Assembly: GCF_009914755.1 (NCBI RefSeq)
Contig: NC_060930.1
Source: the human T2T-CHM13v2.0 reference genome, Homo sapiens
DNA: 64,000 bases
Direction: 5' to 3' (one strand)
A program made the position numbers and the translations under genes. How positions within the stretch are numbered: the first letter of the stretch is position 1; the number at the start of each line of letters is the position of its first letter. Positions 55,470 to 64,000 of the stretch are shown piece by piece. The notes below the pieces were generated by a model. That model searched no databases. It worked only from the letters and a program-made list of their open reading frames with translations, and was not told the DNA's origin.

Positions 55470-55639
55470 TACTGGCAGCTGGGCCACCAGTTGGAAGTTT
55501 CCCAAGGGGAGCGCTCAGGACTGGATGTGATAGGAGATGGTGTAGATGGAGGTTTATTGTGTGACAGGCTTTGTATCTCGTAAACTGCATGAGGCAGGGA
55601 CTCTTACTATCCTCATACTGTAGAAGAAGAAACTGAGGG

Positions 55640-56779
<1,140 letters not shown>

Positions 56780-56841
56780 GTGCCCCTTGTTCTTGGGGTA
56801 ACAGGTTTTGAAGGTGATGGTCGTCGTCTTCTCTCTCATAG

Positions 56842-56986
56842 CCAGATCCGATGCCGGTTCTTCGTGCGAGGGAATGGCCGCTGCCCCTTCAAATCTGAGT
56901 GTATCTACCTGCACCAGCTCCCAGCTAAGGCTGGGACCTCCGGTCCTCCCTGGCCTGAGAGAGTGCAACTGGCCTCTGGGAGTGAG
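56842..56986 (+). CDS. Makorin-like exon 7 (C-terminal C3H finger)
   Basis: ctctctcatag|C; QIRCRFFVRGNGRCPFKSECIYLHQLP (C-x9-C-x5-C-x3-H); phase-0 donor at 56986 or 56989. Confidence 0.85.
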
Positions 56987-57228
56987 GTGGTAACCGCAGG
57001 GGTATGGGGCAGGGGAGGCTGCTGGTCATGGCTTATAATAAATGTTTGTGATAAATATGAAACCTATGGATGGTATCTATGATGCTAATATGGTGCCTAC
57101 TTAGATGTGGCACCTTTGTGCTATGTACAATCTGCCCAACCTTATATGTGAGTCTTGAGTTCCTCCATTCCTGAGGCAACCAGTGTTGAAGTTGATGGGT
57201 TTTCACTGATTTTTCTCTCTACTCCCAG

Positions 57229-57366
57229 GTGCTGGGCCCAGCATTGTTCCTAAGGGGTGCTGAGCCAGAGGACAATGTGCTCTTCACAGACGGTGCCCTG
57301 GCCATGACCTTCTGGGGTTCAGAACTCCTGCAGGACCCCAACAGTTCTTACCATGGCCTTCTGTAA
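57229..57366 (+). CDS. Makorin-like exon 8 (predicted terminal exon)
   Basis: Strong acceptor ctgatttttctctctactcccag|GTG; 45 open codons VLGPALF...YHGLL then TAA. Confidence 0.6.
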   Translation: MLGPALFLRGAEPEDNVLFTDGALAMTFWGSELLQDPNSSYHGLL

Positions 57367-57611
57367 TCAGGATCAACTTGAGGAAAATTGGGGTGAGGGG
57401 AAGGAGTTTCTAGGTGGTAGGTCTTTCCCTTTTAGGGTTTGGTGGGGGGGCAAAAGTAGCAAGCCCTCCACCCCCATGAACTGCAGCAGTGACACAGCTG
57501 GGGACATGGAGGAATGGGGGAGGGCTCCTGGAATGAGGAAGGTTCAAACCCTCTTGCCAGGGCCTTGGTTTTTAACTTTGCTCTTTTGTAGAATGACTCT
57601 GAAAGAAAACC

Positions 57612-57617
57612 AATAAA
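57612..57617 (+). terminator. PolyA signal of makorin-like locus
   Basis: AATAAA ~245 nt after the stop, followed by G/T-rich sequence. Confidence 0.55.
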
Positions 57618-59179
57618 ATGCACCTAAGTTATCATTGCTGGTGTCTGAAGAGTGGTCCGCTCATAGCCCAGCCCCACTGCCAAGTGCAATAAGGCTGCTT
57701 CTGCATTCAATCTGTTGCAATATTACTTGTCACTTAGCTTCTGGAAAACTTCACAGTGCATTTTTGCATTATGAAAATAGTAATAACCTCATGAATCTTG
57801 TGAAAGGGACTCGGGGATCCACCAGGGTCCTTGAGCCATGTTTAGAACTTTTCCTCCCTGTTCCCTTTCAGGTGGCCAGAATACAGACCTTGGTGGGTGG
57901 GAGCCACAGCCACTCAGAGTAAAGCTGTAGGTGAGGATGCACAGGGCATTGCAGGCTTTTTAGCATTCTTGGCCCTGCCTGCTATTCATCAGGTCCCACT
58001 CCTCTAACAGCTTGTCATTCGAAGACCCAAAACATCCCCTGTAAAGTTAGAGCTGCTTACCTGAAACAGAAGGTGTCTGGAAGAAACTTCTTTCTTGCTA
58101 TTTTGGCATTTGCAAAGCAGCCATTATCTAAGAAATATCACTAGTCTTTCCCGACATCTCCCTTGAAATCATTTTGGCTCAAATGGAGATCAGATCAAGC
58201 TCAAGATACTCCCATGGCTTTCCATACTATTCAGAGTGAAAGCCCAACTCCTTTCTGTGACCTCAGGCCTCTTAAGATCTGACCTGGTTCCCACTCTGAT
58301 CTCAACTCCTATTACTATCCAGCAAGTGCCCTCCGTTCCAGCCATGCTTTTGCCCCAGAGCCCCCCCGCCCTCCACAGGGAGGACTGAAATGGTCTTCTC
58401 ACAGACTTCTATCTGGCTTGCCAACCTCATCTTCACATTCATCTTGCCTGACCACCCTATTTAAAAGCACTTCGTGCTGTGTGTCGGTGTTATGTTCTTT
58501 TTGAACACATCACAAACATTGTTTAATTAGCTTTCCGTCTCTCCCCAGTTGTGTGACAATGAGGGCCAGGATCTTTGTTTTGTTCCCAGTATCCCCAGTC
58601 CCTAGGTGCTCAGTAAACATTTCCTGAATGAAGGGCTGTGTGTGGCAGCAGAGCTGGGACAGGAAATACAAGCTAGCCCCCAAAGCAAGGTTTAGGAGGC
58701 ACTGTGGGGCTCTTCTCGCTTATTTCCTACGCTTTGCAGTGATCCCACCCTTGGCTGGAAGCCAAGTTCTCCAGCGGACTTCCTTAAACTGAACCCTAGG
58801 AAGTGGAGCCACACCTGGCCCCCTATAAACGACCCAGAGCAAGGTTACTGCTTGGTCTTTGGGAGGAAGTTCAGAAGAAAGTCTTTGGCCGTATTAATAG
58901 TGTTAGGTTTTACTGTGACCATGTCATTCTCAGGGATGTTTGTATATCAAATACTATTTCTGGAGAGGACTGAAACCCAAATGATAGCACTTTTGGCCTG
59001 TGGAAGAGATGAAGCTAAGTGGGGTGGTAAATTGTGGTCAAATTCTATGGTGAAGTCCATGACAAGCAACATGCCGTCAGCGTAAATACAGCGCGGGTCC
59101 TCTAGCACAACAGAACCCCTGACATCCACTCCATTCCACTACTTTGGGGAGTGATGAAGAAAGGGAGAGGGTTGGGGTC

Positions 59180-60060
<881 letters not shown>

Positions 60061-61129
60061 GTTCGCTGTAAGGTATAGTGATGATAAGTGGAGGCAAATC
60101 ACTTTTGATCGCGTACTTCCATCTCTAAAAAACTGGACTCGTACGTCCAGTGTAAGTATACTTATGTATAAAGTGTACACATGTGTTAAAATACGTACAT
60201 TTTAAAGTACAAAAATAGATACTTAAAACGTGATGGTGGAATACGTATCCGCTATCCTGGTGGCTGTATGCTCTGCTTTTCAAAGCATAACGTTCACTTT
60301 AAGGCAAGATTGCTTTCTCTAAGAATGGTAACTGTGAATCCATATTTTAGTGTTCTTGATAATTTCTGGCTCTTGGATGACATTGAACTTTTTTTTTAAC
60401 CTCTCTGTGGCTGACGAAGGATTCCTACTAGGAGCAGAGGTGTCGGCCCTGCCATTTTATTTGGTTGTGTTTCTGTTATTGATATTATCTCCAATTTTTT
60501 GGCAGGCATTCTTTTAAGCCACGTGCTTATTTGTGAGGACAACTTTTGCTTAAAAAAAAAAGAGTACAGTATCTACAGATGCACTTAACTAGCAAAGTTA
60601 ACTAAAACACACAGAAAAATGAGTGGGTGAGGTGCCATGTTCAGCTCCTAGTGGGGCCAGCCTTCCACTCCTCTTGGATACCCCTCCCCCATAATTTATG
60701 CTGGAAACCATCCAGATGCTAAATATTTCTAATGCTTAATTTCTTATGTTTTAGATAAATAGGGGAAAATGGGAGTTCCAATATTTTCTTCCTACACTCC
60801 ACTTTGAATTTCTTTCAGGAGATGGGTCAGGAGAACTTGTCTGAATCCCCAAATTGGAAGCTATAGAAATGTTTGCCCAGCTATCTGGCTTATTCTGGAT
60901 AGAGTAAGGAGAGGGCAGGGCCTTAACCTGGGGCCCCTGGATAGAAGAGTATTTCAGCACAATTGATTTCCTTTATAATCCTAGATATTTTATCAAATGC
61001 ATTTAACACTCATTCTGATCACAGGTCTCTGGCACTAAAACAGGTTAAAATTTCCTGGAGTAGGGTCTTCCCTATCTCTCTACCCCCAAATATCCTCCCC
61101 ACCACAAATTAGCCATCTTTTAAACTTAG

Positions 61130-61443
61130 GTTTTTTTTGTTTGTTTTGTTTTTTTTTTTGACGGAATCTTGCTCTGTTGCCCAAGCTGGAGTGCAGTGGC
61201 GCAATCTTGGCTCACTGCAACCTCCACCTCCAGAAGAAGCAATTCTTCTGCCCCAGCCTCCTGAGTAGCTGGGACTACAGGCGCGTGCCAACACGCCCAG
61301 CTAATTTTTGTATTTTTAGCAGAGATAGAGTTTCACCATATTGGCTGGGCTGGTCTGGAACTCCTGATCCACCCACCTCGTGATCCACCTACCTTGGCCT
61401 CCCAAAGTGCTGAGATTACAGGCATGAGCCACTGCGCCCAGCC
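61130..61443 (-). mobile_element. AluS element in FANCE intron 1
   Basis: TSD CCATCTTTTAAACTT. Confidence 0.9.
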
Positions 61444-62329
61444 CATCTTTTAAACTTTGACTCTAGTTTTTCTCTCTCACATAGTGTCTATATTCCACAA
61501 AGAAATAGTTGTCTTTTTTTTTCTGCCTCACATCCCAAGTGCCTCTGTGTTGACAAACGGCCCTGCAAAATTATGCATAGGGAGGAGTAGAGACGTGAGG
61601 GGTGGTGGGCTAGATGCTGCCATGACTTGCCACACCACGCCTCAGGTCACGTAGGATCTGGGTTTGTGCCTCAGCAGAATTACAGATGGTTACATTGCAT
61701 CATGGGCCTCTGGAGCTCTGGGGAATAGTGTTGAATCTATTTTAAGAAAAGCTGGGTGCTTGCAGGACAGAGCATTGGTTCTGCTTAAACTCCTGGGGCT
61801 CCAAAACAAAAGATCCTCATCCCCCGTCTTTCCCCTTTGGCTCTGTGCATACTGTTTGGAATCTGTAAAGTGATTCCTTCTGTTTCAAGTTTCATCTCTG
61901 GGAAGCCTTCTGTGTCCACAGCAGCTCTTGCTGATCTCAGCACACTTAGAGAGTTAATTCATTCAATAAATGCGCAACAAGTGCCTGCTCTGGGCTGGCG
62001 CTGTGCTGAGTCCTAGGACACAGAGGAAGGAAACACTACCTTCACCTTTTAGGAACTCACAATTTGGTGAAAGGAACACAAGAGCTGGACAGATGACTGA
62101 CCCCGAGAGTTCCAGGGGATTGCCGAGGGCAGCCATAGGGCTGCAAGACTAAGCACTGCACAGCATCCTGGAGTATTATTTTTACCTAAAATTTGGGAAA
62201 GAACTTTTTTCTTCTTTTGTGTAAAACAAGCATGAATCTATTATAGAGTAGGTTCCAATATGAATTTTGAGCTGAAACAGATGACAGAGGCCAAAGAATA
62301 GGGCCTGTCATATGATAGATATTCAATGA

Positions 62330-62686
<357 letters not shown>

Positions 62687-62796
62687 AACATCCACTGACT
62701 CTTGCAGATACTGCGTGCCAGCCCCCATCTGTCCACCGCCATCTAGCCCCCAGCTCTGCCCAGTCTGCCTTGTGCTCCCTTCAGCCAAACACTTAA

Positions 62797-63438
<642 letters not shown>

Positions 63439-63461
63439 TAGGGAGACTGGGTTTAGAGTGA

Positions 63462-63887
<426 letters not shown>

Positions 63888-64000
63888 CACTCCACAGACT
63901 CTTAAGGAGGGGTAGGGAAGGGAGTTATTGGAGGTGGGAAATGTGTCCTAATGATCTATAATGTGGGGTTAAAGGGTGCCAGGCAAGGGAGAGGCTCTGG

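Overview
Alu-rich human (primate) genomic DNA matching chr6p21.31. The + strand carries the 3' two-thirds of PPARD: one non-coding cassette exon, all six coding exons (441 aa), the 3'UTR and the polyA site at ~35.2 kb. It also carries the CpG-island promoter and exons 1-2 of FANCE (59.2-63.4 kb). Between them lies an intron-containing makorin (MKRN)-family locus, probably the one catalogued as pseudogene MKRN6P/MKRNP2 and likely the vertebrate mkrn4 orthologue. By hand it assembles into 8 GT-AG exons (43793-57366) forming one uninterrupted ~368-aa ORF. It has a strong Kozak ATG, promoter motifs, an intact C3HC4 RING, an intact C-terminal C3H finger, two remodelled N-terminal fingers and a polyA signal. 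Intron 4 is the weak point of this model. Other notable items: chained stop/start uORFs and a 117-codon overlapping frame in PPARD, intronic polyadenylation (PPARdelta2), a candidate L1 3' transduction, a tRNA-Lys 5'-half retrocopy, a solo ERV1 LTR pointing antisense into PPARD, and a duplicated splice-acceptor block. Repeat subfamily calls are from memory of consensus sequences and their boundaries are approximate.
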